This document shows positions 19,718 to 28,662 of a stretch of 64,000 nucleotides of DNA, in pieces. Under the pieces are notes generated by a model, which saw only the letters and a program-made list of their open reading frames with translations, did no database searches and had not been told where the DNA came from. The position numbers and the translations under genes are program-made. Source of the stretch: Candidatus Terraquivivens yellowstonensis (GTDB taxonomy: Archaea > Thermoproteota > Nitrososphaeria_A > Caldarchaeales > Wolframiiraptoraceae); the NCBI GenBank assembly GCA_023539445.1, contig JAKCEW010000001.1, positions 75,484 through 139,483 on the forward strand, in the 5' to 3' direction. Each line of letters begins with the position of its first letter. The first letter of the stretch is position 1.

Positions 19718-20662
19718 TTGGAAGATTGGGCATCGCTATACGGTATAAGGTTTCATGAATCGGCAGGGCTTGACATCGTCTACGATGGCGAGCAAAGAAG
19801 GGTCGAGATGTATGAATATCCCTTGATGCATGTAAGGGGATTCAGGTTCGTAGGTTATGTCAAAGTCTGGGATTTCGAAATTTTCAAAAAGGCCGCGGTT
19901 TTCGATAGACCATCGTTAATAAAACCTTACCATATAGAAGAATTCGAGTTTGCCAAAAAGAAGGCAAGGCGCGAGCTCAAGATTCCAATAACAGGACCAT
20001 ACACATTAGCGGACTGGTCTTTCGATGAGTATTATGTAAAAAGAAAGCTAGATGTCGATGATCCAATAGAAAGGAGAAGGATGAGTAAGCGCGACATGGT
20101 GCTCGACCTTGTAAAAGAGGTCATAAGGCCAAACTTGGAAGCACTCATAAGGGTCGGGGCCAAAAGGATTCAGATAGACGAACCTGCTGCCACGACGAAA
20201 CCAAATGAGGTTGACATATTCGTGGAAGGATTTAACGAAGCCGTGAAAGGACTTGACTGCATTTTTTCTGTTCATATATGTTACAGCGACTACAGACTCC
20301 TCTTTCCATACATACTGGACCTAAAGGCTGAGCATATATCGATCGAATGCGCTAATAGAGATACGAAGATGCTTGGCAGGGATGAAAGTTCCAGACCGGG
20401 ATACTCCGTGCTAAAATTGTTCAGGGAGTATGGAACAAAGATGAAGGTGGCGCCCGGCGTTATAGATGTGCATACGGACTTCATAGAATCGCCGGAACTC
20501 GTGAGGGATAGGCTACTGTATGCGGCCAAGTTATTAGATGACCCATCCAAGATAATAGCATCAAATGACTGCGGCCTCAGGACAAGGACGTGGGAGGTTG
20601 CTTACGAAAAAGAGAAAGCTTTAGTGGCAGGTGCAGAATTGGCTAGGAAAGAGTTTGAGTAG
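19718..20662 (+). CDS. metE: Cobalamin-independent methionine synthase, C-terminal catalytic domain. The track start is a TTG at 19718, but the frame is open back to 19523.
   Basis: Zn-ligand motifs VHICYSDY and SNDCGL, plus DGEQRR. The sequence between 19523 and 19718 (LFPTQEVGSLSKAP...) is already homologous to the start of the MetE C-domain. Confidence 0.75.
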   Translation: MEDWASLYGIRFHESAGLDIVYDGEQRRVEMYEYPLMHVRGFRFVGYVKVWDFEIFKKAAVFDRPSLIKPYHIEEFEFAKKKARRELKIPITGPYTLADWSFDEYYVKRKLDVDDPIERRRMSKRDMVLDLVKEVIRPNLEALIRVGAKRIQIDEPAATTKPNEVDIFVEGFNEAVKGLDCIFSVHICYSDYRLLFPYILDLKAEHISIECANRDTKMLGRDESSRPGYSVLKLFREYGTKMKVAPGVIDVHTDFIESPELVRDRLLYAAKLLDDPSKIIASNDCGLRTRTWEVAYEKEKALVAGAELARKEFE

Positions 20663-20680
20663 AGCTGCGATTTATTTTAC

Positions 20681-21154
20681 TTACTTTTTGCTTTCCTTTT
20701 CAGCGGCTTTGGCTGCTTTCCTCGATACTCCGACCGGGCCGCCTTTTCTGCCAGTTGTTCTGGTTCTCTGTCCCCTTACCTTAAGGCCTAACGAATGCCT
20801 AACGCCCCTCCAAGATTTTATCCTTATCTCCCTTTCTATATCTTCTTTGATCGCAAGCTCTAAGTCAGCGCCAAGAAGATGTTTCTTCTCTACCGGAGCC
20901 GGACTGTTTCTGTTTATCATCCAGTCTGGTATGCCATACTCTAAGGGATTTTTTGCAACAGCCTCTATGCGTTGTAGTTGTTGTTCTGTCAGATAACCAA
21001 TCCTTGTCTCGGTATCGAGTCCTAGAACTCTTGCTATGGCATATCCTAGGTTTATCCCTATGCCCTTTACCTTCGCAAGGGCATACGGTATTTTAAGTGT
21101 CCCATCCACGTCCGTGCCTAATATTCTAACGATGTACTTGAATTCTCCTGACAT
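20681..21154 (-). CDS. rps13: 30S ribosomal protein uS13
   Basis: MSGEFKYIVRILGTDVDGTLKIPYALAKVKGIG is the S13 N-terminus. It is isolated from its usual S13-S4-S11 neighbours. Confidence 0.9.
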   Translation of the reverse strand: MSGEFKYIVRILGTDVDGTLKIPYALAKVKGIGINLGYAIARVLGLDTETRIGYLTEQQLQRIEAVAKNPLEYGIPDWMINRNSPAPVEKKHLLGADLELAIKEDIEREIRIKSWRGVRHSLGLKVRGQRTRTTGRKGGPVGVSRKAAKAAEKESKK

Positions 21155-21249
21155 TTCTCAAGCATCAAAGCCTTTTACTTATATAAAAACATAAATGGAA
21201 ATGCGTAATCCTTTTTAGCAAGTTTTTGAAGATTCAACACGGAGTAACC

Positions 21250-21555
21250 ATGGCAATAGTTGGAGTAGAATGGATAATAATCATAATTATTATAGTGATA
21301 TTTCTCATATGGGGTCCAAGTAAGATACCTGAACTGGCAAGGTCATTGGGTAAGGCCAAGAAAGAGTTTGAGAAAGCCATGAAGGAAGCCGAGGAGATTA
21401 AGCAACAGGCCGCCTCGAGCATAGACGTTCAGGCGTTGAAGAATGACGTAGATATGCTTATTGATATAGCGAAGAAACTAGGCATACCGACAGAAGGAAG
21501 GACAAGAGCGGAAATATACAACGACGTAATGACAAAACTCGGAAAGAGCACTTAA
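21250..21555 (+). CDS. tatA: Twin-arginine translocase subunit TatA/E
   Basis: An N-terminal TM helix (the Ile-rich IIIIIIIVIFLIWGP) followed by the amphipathic WGPSKIPELARSLGKAKKEFEKA hinge motif. An alternative TTG start is at 21226. Confidence 0.7.
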   Translation: MAIVGVEWIIIIIIIVIFLIWGPSKIPELARSLGKAKKEFEKAMKEAEEIKQQAASSIDVQALKNDVDMLIDIAKKLGIPTEGRTRAEIYNDVMTKLGKST

Positions 21556-21758
21556 CAACCTTGCCTGTTGCCTCTATTAACGCCCCTTAACTAAACTATA
21601 AGCAATGTTTTAGATCAGGTGTTAAAATAAGGCCCCGTGGTTATGCAAAGCTTTTAAAAAGCTTTATAGAGTCTGAACATGGCTTTCTGGGCAGGAGCCT
21701 CCTCGGTGGCAACTATATATGGCAGTATTTTAAACGAGACTTCAGGTGTTGAAGGAAA

Positions 21759-23979
21759 ATGCCCAGAGTGAAGAAGATCAGTGAAGTCGTTGACATTCTG
21801 AAAAATAAAGATAGTATAAGGAACGTCGGCATCATAGCCCATACCTAAGGATGCTTTAATCCTTAGGGGGTAAGTAGATCACGGAAAGACAACCACGACG
21901 GATAGCCTTCTAGCGGCAGCGGGATTGCTTTCGCCATCTTTGGCCGGAAAAGCGTTAGCTCTGGATTATCTCGAAGAAGAACAGCAGCGCCAGATGACGA
22001 TCAAGGCAGCTAACATTAGCCTCTACTACGAAATGGACTCGAAACCTTACATAATAAACCTCATAGACACTCCTGGACACGTCGACTTTTCTGGAAGGGT
22101 CACGAGGGCTTTAAGAGCAATAGACGGCGCAGTCGTTGTGGTGGACGCAGTCGAAGGTGTCATGACTCAGACTGAGACGGTGATAAGGCAGGCGGTGCAA
22201 GAAAGGGTCAAGCCGGTCCTATACATAAACAAAATCGATAGGCTGGTTAAGGAACTGAAGCTGACCCCTGAGAGGATTCAAGAGACGTTGGGTAGGATAA
22301 TCATGGACGTCAACAGACTGATAGAGATGTACGCTGAACCAGAGTTTAGGGATAAGTGGAAGGTTAGTATGGCCGCCGGCAGCGTGGCGATAGGTAGTGC
22401 AAAAGACAGGTGGGGATTCACTTTACAACAAGCCCAGAAGAAGGGCATAAAGTTCAGCGATGTTATCAACGCGTTTGCGAAAGGCGATATAGATTGGCTC
22501 AGGGAAAACGCGCCGTTACATGAAGCGATTCTCGAGATGGTAATAAACCACCATCCGCCTCCGCACGTAGCTCAAAAGTACAGAATACCGAAAATATGGA
22601 AGGGCCCGCTAGATAGCGATGTTGGTAAGGCCATGATGGAATGCGATGAAAACGGTCCTACGGTGATGGCCGTAACGGATGTAAAGGTTGACCCGCAAGC
22701 TGGTGTAGTGGTGACGGGTAGGTTATTCAGCGGTACCGTAAGCGATGGTAATGTATTGTTGCTGGTCGGAAGGAACATCACAGAAAGGGTCCAACAAGTT
22801 GCGGTATACATGGGCCCCTCGAGGGAAATAGTCGGTAGCCTGCCAGCCGGCAACATACCTGCGCTTTTAGGTATAGAAAATGCAAGGGCAGGTGACACAC
22901 TCGCAACCGTAGATATGGTTCCATTCGAAACGTTGAAGTATGTGTCAGAACCTGTGGTTACGATATCGATAGAGCCGAAACATAGCAAGGATTTGCCGAA
23001 GCTTGTCGATTTCTTAAACAAGTTGAGCATAGAAGACCCAACACTGGTCACAACAGTAAGACCTGAGACCGGCGAGTATCTGATAAGCGGTATGGGTACT
23101 TTACATCTAGAGATAGCTTTAACATGGATAGCTAAGGCGGGTCTGGAAGTAGTTCCGAGCAAACCGATAATACTATACAGAGAATCTGTCCAGAAAGTAG
23201 GGAAGGTCTTTGAAGGCAAATCGCCGAACAAACACAACAGGATATACATTAGGGCAGAACCGCTGGAACCTGAAGTGATCGAGTTGATAAGATCGGGTGA
23301 ACTCTATGACGAAATGGATAGGAAGCAGGTGGCGAAGATATTGCGAGACCATGGATGGGATGCTGAAGAAGCTAGGAACGTTTGGTGTATCGACCCTAGG
23401 GGCAACATACTCGTTGACATGACGAAGGGAGCCCAGTATCTTCACGAATCTAAGATGATGATAATAGGCGGCTTCCAAAGGGTAGTCTCAGAAGGACCGC
23501 TTGCCGGAGAAGCCATGAGGGGGGTAAAGGCGGTTCTGGTTAACGTAGAACTACATGAAGACCCTGTACACAGAGGTTATGCCCAAATAGCGCCGGCGAC
23601 GTGGAGGAGCCTCTATGCCAGCATACTGAGCGCAGACCCTGTGTTGTTAGAACCCATACTAAAGTTGGAGGCAAAGGTATCGCCTGAATTCATGGGCGCT
23701 GTGACTAGTGTCATAAGCTCGAAAAGGGGAAAGGTTCTAGATATAAGACAAGCTGAGTACATAACGATAATACAGGGTGAAATTCCGGCCGCTGAGACCT
23801 TTGACCTGAGCGAGGTCATGAGGAGCGTTACGATGGGCAAGGCTTTCTGGGCGACCGAATTCTCTTCTTGGAAACCCGTTCCAGCGTCGATAAGGGATAA
23901 GGTCATAGCGGAGATAAGAAAGAGAAAGGGACTTCCGCCAGAAATACCGAAGATATCCGACTTTGTGGAAGAGGAATAG
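21759..23979 (+). CDS. fusA: Translation elongation factor 2 (aEF-2), interrupted by a 31-nt BHB-type intron. The mature CDS is join(21759..21842, 21874..23979).
   Basis: Exon 1 encodes MPRVKKISEVVDILKNKDSIRNVGIIAH, which matches the aEF-2 N-terminus, and then runs into a TAA. Exon 2 opens right after a TAA with VDHGKTTTTDSLLAAAG..., the remainder of the P-loop. The two pieces are in different frames, offset by 31 nt. Confidence 0.85.
21843..21873 (+). other. Putative BHB mRNA intron in the EF-2 gene (31 nt)
   Basis: Central 4-bp helix GCCC(21837-40)/GGGU(21868-71). The 3-nt bulges AUA (21841-43) and AAG (21872-74) lie on opposite strands. The inner 7-bp stem CCUAAGG/CCUUAGG closes a 10-nt loop. 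Cutting after the 2nd nt of each bulge joins CAU|GUA and gives AHVDHGKTT. Confidence 0.7.
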
Positions 23980-23988
23980 ACGCATAAT

Positions 23989-24636
23989 TTATCCTCTTCG
24001 CCCCAATTCTTCATTTGCTATCTTGTGGGCGGCGAGAATCGGCGACGGTATTTGGCCATTCTTTGTCAACCCCTTAACGATTTCTATGGCGGTGTTTAAG
24101 GATATTTTATGTCCAACGCTAACGTACACGTTCTTGAATACTTCTTCACCAACAACGTCGCCATTCAACATCACGACCCTTCTGCCACTCACTCTTTTAA
24201 CTTGACCACAAAGGAGTTTTTTCGCCACACCTATCGTTGGCTTATCCAGCACGATGCCGATGTAACATGCGATGCCAAACTTTCTGGGATGGAGTCTTCC
24301 GTTACCGTCGACGAGAAGCACATCAAAATCGCTCTTTAAACCTTTGATGGCATTAAGCATGGGTGGCGCCTCACGAAGGAAGAGAAGGCCTGGAACGTAA
24401 ACATGTCGAACAATGCATTTATGCTTGCTAACTTCAACTATGCGGCCGTCTTTGTCCTGTATGACGGCAACTGCGACGGCATTTTGGTTGGAATAAGCCA
24501 CGTCAACCCCGCAGAAGAGCTCGTAACTCTCCAAGACGTCATGCTCGGAGACCATGCTTGCCATCTCCAACTGAAGCTTGATCGCCTCATCGTACGTGAG
24601 CGACTCAAGATTCAAAAGGTGCGCCATTTCCCTCAT
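23989..24636 (-). CDS. nfi: Endonuclease V (deoxyinosine 3' endonuclease)
   Basis: GVDVAY...YVPGLLFLRE...GNGRLHPRKFGIACYIG...IGVAKK are the EndoV blocks. Confidence 0.85.
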   Translation of the reverse strand: MREMAHLLNLESLTYDEAIKLQLEMASMVSEHDVLESYELFCGVDVAYSNQNAVAVAVIQDKDGRIVEVSKHKCIVRHVYVPGLLFLREAPPMLNAIKGLKSDFDVLLVDGNGRLHPRKFGIACYIGIVLDKPTIGVAKKLLCGQVKRVSGRRVVMLNGDVVGEEVFKNVYVSVGHKISLNTAIEIVKGLTKNGQIPSPILAAHKIANEELGRRG

Positions 24637-24955
24637 TCGACCCTACAACCATAACTCACTCGGGACATCGTTAAATCTCTATGCTGCAGTTACACAAAGA
24701 ATCCGCGGAAAAAATTTTTTGAGGGTGCTGAACTAATTTCGTCCTACCGGCTAGGTTTGGGGCTTTATAATCCTTAGGCACTTGCAATTTTGTTTAAAAT
24801 TTTTTACAAGATGCTTAAGTTTCACATTAAAATTTTTTGACAAACTTTTTAAGCATATAAATTTATATTAAGGCAAATGGCCCTCTTTTCCGAAGAATTT
24901 GAGGTAGTGATGCCAGAAATTGCCGCCTGTTAAAACATCCGATTCTGATGTAGAG

Positions 24956-25780
24956 GTGCTCTATGATGTTCCGAGGATAGAAGAAAAGCTGATAATCAGG
25001 GCTTTAACAAATTTGGGAATAAAGCCTAAACTGACGCCCGTCAAGGATACGCCCTTGGTTTTTAATGAGAGTGCGCCGAAAATCTGCATTGTCAGGCCAA
25101 TGTCCATGTATAGGGCGGCGTACTCAGCCGCCGTTAGGGAGGCCTCCGGAAGTTTCACGATAAACAGCTCTGATACTATAATAACCTGCGGCGATAAAAT
25201 ATTGACACTTTCCAAACTGGCATCGGCCGGTTTAAGAATACCAAAAAGCATAGTGGCTTTAACGATACAGTCTGCAGAAGAGGCAGGCAAATTGATAGGT
25301 TTGCCGTTGGTCGATAAACCTCCGATTGGTGGATGGGGTAGGTTAGTCTCCCTTATCTCAGATGAGACTACCTACAGGAGTCTTTTGGAACACCGCGAAA
25401 TGATGACAAGCCAGCAGCTTAAGACGCATATAATCCAAGAATACATAAAGACGCCCGGAAGGGACGTAAGGGTAATAGTTTTAGATAATGAGGTCTTGGG
25501 CGCTATGTATAGGTACAAGCAGGAAAACGAGTGGAGATCAAACGTCGCACTCGGAGCAAAGGCTGTGGGTTTCAAGCCAGATGATGAACTTAGGGAGATC
25601 TGCATAAAAGCCGCAAACGCCGTCAAAGGTGTGTTTGTATCCATAGACGTACTCGAATCAAATGGATACTTCTTAAACGAGGTGAACGGTGTGCCGGAGT
25701 TTAGGGCTTTCATAGAAGCAACTAAAAGGAATGTGGCGGCAGATTTGGCCAATTACATAGTTAAGGTGCTTAAGCGATGA
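24956..25780 (+). CDS. RimK-family ATP-grasp ligase, LysX/ArgX type (amino-group carrier LysW ligase); possibly the ArgX paralog
   Basis: The LYDVPRIEEK N-terminus resembles the LysX N-terminus (IYDRIRWEEK). The likely start is the GTG at 24956; the track TTG start at 24920 is an alternative. Confidence 0.75.
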   Translation: MLYDVPRIEEKLIIRALTNLGIKPKLTPVKDTPLVFNESAPKICIVRPMSMYRAAYSAAVREASGSFTINSSDTIITCGDKILTLSKLASAGLRIPKSIVALTIQSAEEAGKLIGLPLVDKPPIGGWGRLVSLISDETTYRSLLEHREMMTSQQLKTHIIQEYIKTPGRDVRVIVLDNEVLGAMYRYKQENEWRSNVALGAKAVGFKPDDELREICIKAANAVKGVFVSIDVLESNGYFLNEVNGVPEFRAFIEATKRNVAADLANYIVKVLKR

Positions 25781-26835
25781 CGGTTAAGGTATCAGTAATA
25801 GGTGCCTCGGGTTACACCGGGGGCGAGCTTCTCAGATTGCTTGCAAACCATGATAAAGTAGAGCTGCTCTATGCAACATCTAGAGAATATGCAGGAAAGC
25901 CCCTAACATTGGTCCACCCAAACTTAAGAGGTTTCTTCTCAGGCATGAAGTTCTCGGACGTAAACATAGACAAGATCTCTTCAGACTCTGACCTAGTGTT
26001 TGTGAACACTCCTGCTGGTGTATCGGTAAATTATACTCCAAAATTGCTGGAGGTCGGTCTAAGGGTTATAGACTTAAGTCCCGACTTCAGGTTAAAGAAA
26101 ACAGAGGATTACGAACTCTGGTACGAAATGAAGCATCCGAAGCCAGAATTGCTCAAAGAGGCAGTATTCGGTCTACCGGAACTCCACCGGAGAGAGATAG
26201 CATCCGCAAAGCTCGTAGCATGTCCCGGTTGCAACTCCACAGCTGCCCTTCTCTCTCTTATACCTGCAGTTAAAGCTCACATCATAGACTTAGACCATAT
26301 AGCTGTTGATGTCAAAGTTGGAAGTAGCGAAGCAGGAAGAATACCGACGGCTGGAACGCACCATCCAGAGAGGGCTAACGTGATGAGACCGTACGAAGCA
26401 TCGGGACATAGACATGTGGCAGAAGTTGAACAAGAACTTTCACAAATAGCAGGTAGAGAATTAAGGATAGCATTCGTTCCACATGCTGTGGGAAGCGTAA
26501 GGGGTGCATTGGCAACTTCGCATGTTTGGCTCGTCGATCCTAACATGGATGAGCAAGATGTTTGGAAAGTTTACGCTGCTGAGTATGGAAAGGAACCCTT
26601 CGTTAGAATAGTCAGAGGTAAACCATACCAATATCCTGATCCAAAACACATCATAGGTAGCAATTTTGCGGATGTAGGTTTTGCTGTCGAAAAAAGAGTT
26701 GGTAGGGCTGCCCTTATGGCCGCAATCGACAACTTAGTAAAGGGTGCAGCAGGTCAAGCTATACAATGCATGAACATAATGTTAGGTTTCGATGAGAAAA
26801 CTGGCTTGAACTTTCCAGCCATCAGACCTGTTTGA
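25777..26835 (+). CDS. lysY: LysY/ArgC: [LysW]-aminoadipyl/glutamyl-phosphate reductase (N-acetyl-gamma-glutamyl-phosphate reductase family)
   Basis: VSVIGASGYTGGELLRLL Rossmann fold, with the catalytic Cys region LVACPGC. Confidence 0.85.
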   Translation: MTVKVSVIGASGYTGGELLRLLANHDKVELLYATSREYAGKPLTLVHPNLRGFFSGMKFSDVNIDKISSDSDLVFVNTPAGVSVNYTPKLLEVGLRVIDLSPDFRLKKTEDYELWYEMKHPKPELLKEAVFGLPELHRREIASAKLVACPGCNSTAALLSLIPAVKAHIIDLDHIAVDVKVGSSEAGRIPTAGTHHPERANVMRPYEASGHRHVAEVEQELSQIAGRELRIAFVPHAVGSVRGALATSHVWLVDPNMDEQDVWKVYAAEYGKEPFVRIVRGKPYQYPDPKHIIGSNFADVGFAVEKRVGRAALMAAIDNLVKGAAGQAIQCMNIMLGFDEKTGLNFPAIRPV

Positions 26836-26890
26836 AGAAGCCTCGCAACAAAAAATAATAACCAGTGTAGCATATGTACGACGAAGTACG

Positions 26891-27751
26891 ATGAAGGTAT
26901 TCCGGACTGTAAATGGGAAAGGTAAGATTAACACGTATGTTCAGAAAGATGATGAAATTTTTAGAGGAGCATACGATCCGTTAAACATTCTAGTAACCTT
27001 CAGGAAAGAAGGTAAGATAGTCCTTATTGAGAAGGTAAGTCTAACGTTAGAGGAACTGCTCAAGAATGAGAAGTTAATCACGCCTTACGATCCACCAGAA
27101 ATATGGGGTGCAGGCATAGTTTATGAAAGGGCTAGAGTCAGATACACGGAAGAGGACGTCGCGATGATCAAAGGTGAGAGCATTTATGAGATAGCTTATG
27201 TATCCGAGAGACCTGAGCTATTCTTCAAAGATGCCGGTGGAAAGCGCTCCGTAGGGCATGAAGATTTCATCAACATCCGAAGCGATTCTGCTTGGACGTT
27301 GCCCGAACCTGAACTCGGCATCGTGTTAGACTCAGATGGGTCGATCCTTGGCTATACTGTATGTAACGACGTGACGGCACGCGACATCGAAGCTCAGAAC
27401 CCTCTGTACTTACCACAAGCAAAAATCTATAAAGGCTGTTTTTCTTTCGGTCCGTTCGTAATAACCTCCGACGAAATTCCGGATCCGCATAACCTCACCA
27501 TAAAAATGAGGATTTTAAGGGATGGTGAAGTAGTGTTCTATGGCGAAACGAACACCTCAAAGATGAAGAAGAGGTTGGAAACTATAGTTGCATACTTGCT
27601 GAGAGATAATGTAATACCCTCTGGGACGCTAGTATCAACGGGTACGGGCATAATTCCGGGAAAAGATGTTCAGCTCAAAGATGGTGACAGGGTAGAAATC
27701 TACATCGAAAAGATAGGGACGTTGGTGAACTACGTAAGGAAACTTAAGTAA
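26891..27751 (+). CDS. Fumarylacetoacetate hydrolase (FAH) family protein (2-keto-pentenoate hydratase / keto-deoxy-sugar-acid dehydratase-like)
   Basis: FAH fold blocks such as GTGIIPGKDVQLKDGDRVEIYIEKIG. It is embedded in the lys cluster. Confidence 0.75.
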   Translation: MKVFRTVNGKGKINTYVQKDDEIFRGAYDPLNILVTFRKEGKIVLIEKVSLTLEELLKNEKLITPYDPPEIWGAGIVYERARVRYTEEDVAMIKGESIYEIAYVSERPELFFKDAGGKRSVGHEDFINIRSDSAWTLPEPELGIVLDSDGSILGYTVCNDVTARDIEAQNPLYLPQAKIYKGCFSFGPFVITSDEIPDPHNLTIKMRILRDGEVVFYGETNTSKMKKRLETIVAYLLRDNVIPSGTLVSTGTGIIPGKDVQLKDGDRVEIYIEKIGTLVNYVRKLK

Positions 27752-28509
27752 CGCCTTACCTTATCAACATTGGAACGGTAGGTCTTTGCCAAATCGAATA
27801 TATCGTAACCTATCGATACGAACTTAAAGCCCCTCTTGATGGCCTCCACAGCATCCTCAACGGAAAGCGCAGCCATCCCAGGCGCAACACCTTTTCTTTT
27901 ACACGAATTCAAAACTTTCTCGATAGCTGACTTAAACTTTGGGTGTTCAACGTCCCCAAACACTCCCAAATTTGCGGATAAATCGTACGGTCCTATGAAT
28001 GCTACATCGATGCCCTTGACCGAAAGTATTTCGTCGATATTATTGATCGCGTCCTCTGTCTCAATTTGAACGATCACAAGCATCTCATCACCAATTCTAT
28101 TAAAATACTCGGTGTTAGACTCTAGCCCATAATATACGGCCCTTCTAGGACCAAAACCTCTAATACCTTTTGGCGGATACATCACGGCTTTGATAACCGC
28201 CTCGGCCTCTTCACGCGTGTTAACCCATGGAACCATGACGCCGTATGCGCCCACGTCCAAAACTCTTTTGATGGTCACGAAATCGTTCCACGGAACCCTA
28301 ACAAGTGGGATGGTGTCTGTGCCATTAGTTGCAGGCAAAAGTCTTTGAACGTCATTTACCTCCAAAGAACCGTGCTCCATATCGAATAAAAGCCAATCAA
28401 GACCAACCTTGGATAAAGCTTCAACAACGTCTATGCTATTAATCGAAACCCAAGCACCTATGGCCACCTTACCATCATATAATAACTGCTTGACTTTGTT
28501 TTTTAACAC
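27730..28509 (-). CDS. HpcH/HpaI-family aldolase (2-keto-3-deoxy acid aldolase / citrate lyase beta-like). The start is set at the GTG giving (M)LKNKVKQLLYDGK.
   Basis: The family N-terminus matches QLLYDGKVAIGAWVSINSIDVVEALSKVGLDWLLFDMEHG. The 45-codon extension in the ORF track is AT-rich and probably not coding. Confidence 0.7.
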   Translation of the reverse strand: MLKNKVKQLLYDGKVAIGAWVSINSIDVVEALSKVGLDWLLFDMEHGSLEVNDVQRLLPATNGTDTIPLVRVPWNDFVTIKRVLDVGAYGVMVPWVNTREEAEAVIKAVMYPPKGIRGFGPRRAVYYGLESNTEYFNRIGDEMLVIVQIETEDAINNIDEILSVKGIDVAFIGPYDLSANLGVFGDVEHPKFKSAIEKVLNSCKRKGVAPGMAALSVEDAVEAIKRGFKFVSIGYDIFDLAKTYRSNVDKVRRYLSFLT

Positions 28510-28662
28510 GCGACTCACCGCTGTTATACTGTAGTATGTATGCGTTATCGCTAGAAATTTATAAGTCTTGGTGTAATGAGCGATAATATTGACGAATTTC
28601 CGAATGTGTAGGTTAGGGAAATGTATAATTGACAGCAGCATTTTCATGAGCTTGCGAGAAAC

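Noticed and set aside
21280-21310. A run of ATA/ATC/ATT codons (poly-Ile) looking like a simple repeat
   Set aside because: It encodes the hydrophobic TM helix of TatA, so it is a coding low-complexity stretch rather than a repeat element.
21840-21880. Translational bypass (T4 gene 60-like hopping) or a programmed +1 frameshift to explain the EF-2 interruption, because a stop codon sits in a hairpin right after the take-off codon
   Set aside because: No matching landing codon for CAU or ACC exists downstream. The insertion fits a complete BHB with both bulges and a 4-bp central helix, and that predicts the exact junction restoring AHVDHGKTT. Splicing is the more economical explanation.
24900-24960. 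A possible C/D-box sRNA (GUGAUGC ... CUGAUG) at the 5' end of the first lys-cluster gene
   Set aside because: The box matches are imperfect, and no terminal stem or guide complementarity could be established. The region is more likely 5'-UTR and start of the RimK-family gene.
28510-28647. A 45-codon N-terminal extension of the HpcH aldolase ORF (MKMLLSIIHFPNLHIRKF...)
   Set aside because: It is AT-rich and low-complexity with no homology. The conserved family N-terminus begins at the internal GTG. The extension is promoter or 5'-UTR sequence shared divergently with lysZ.
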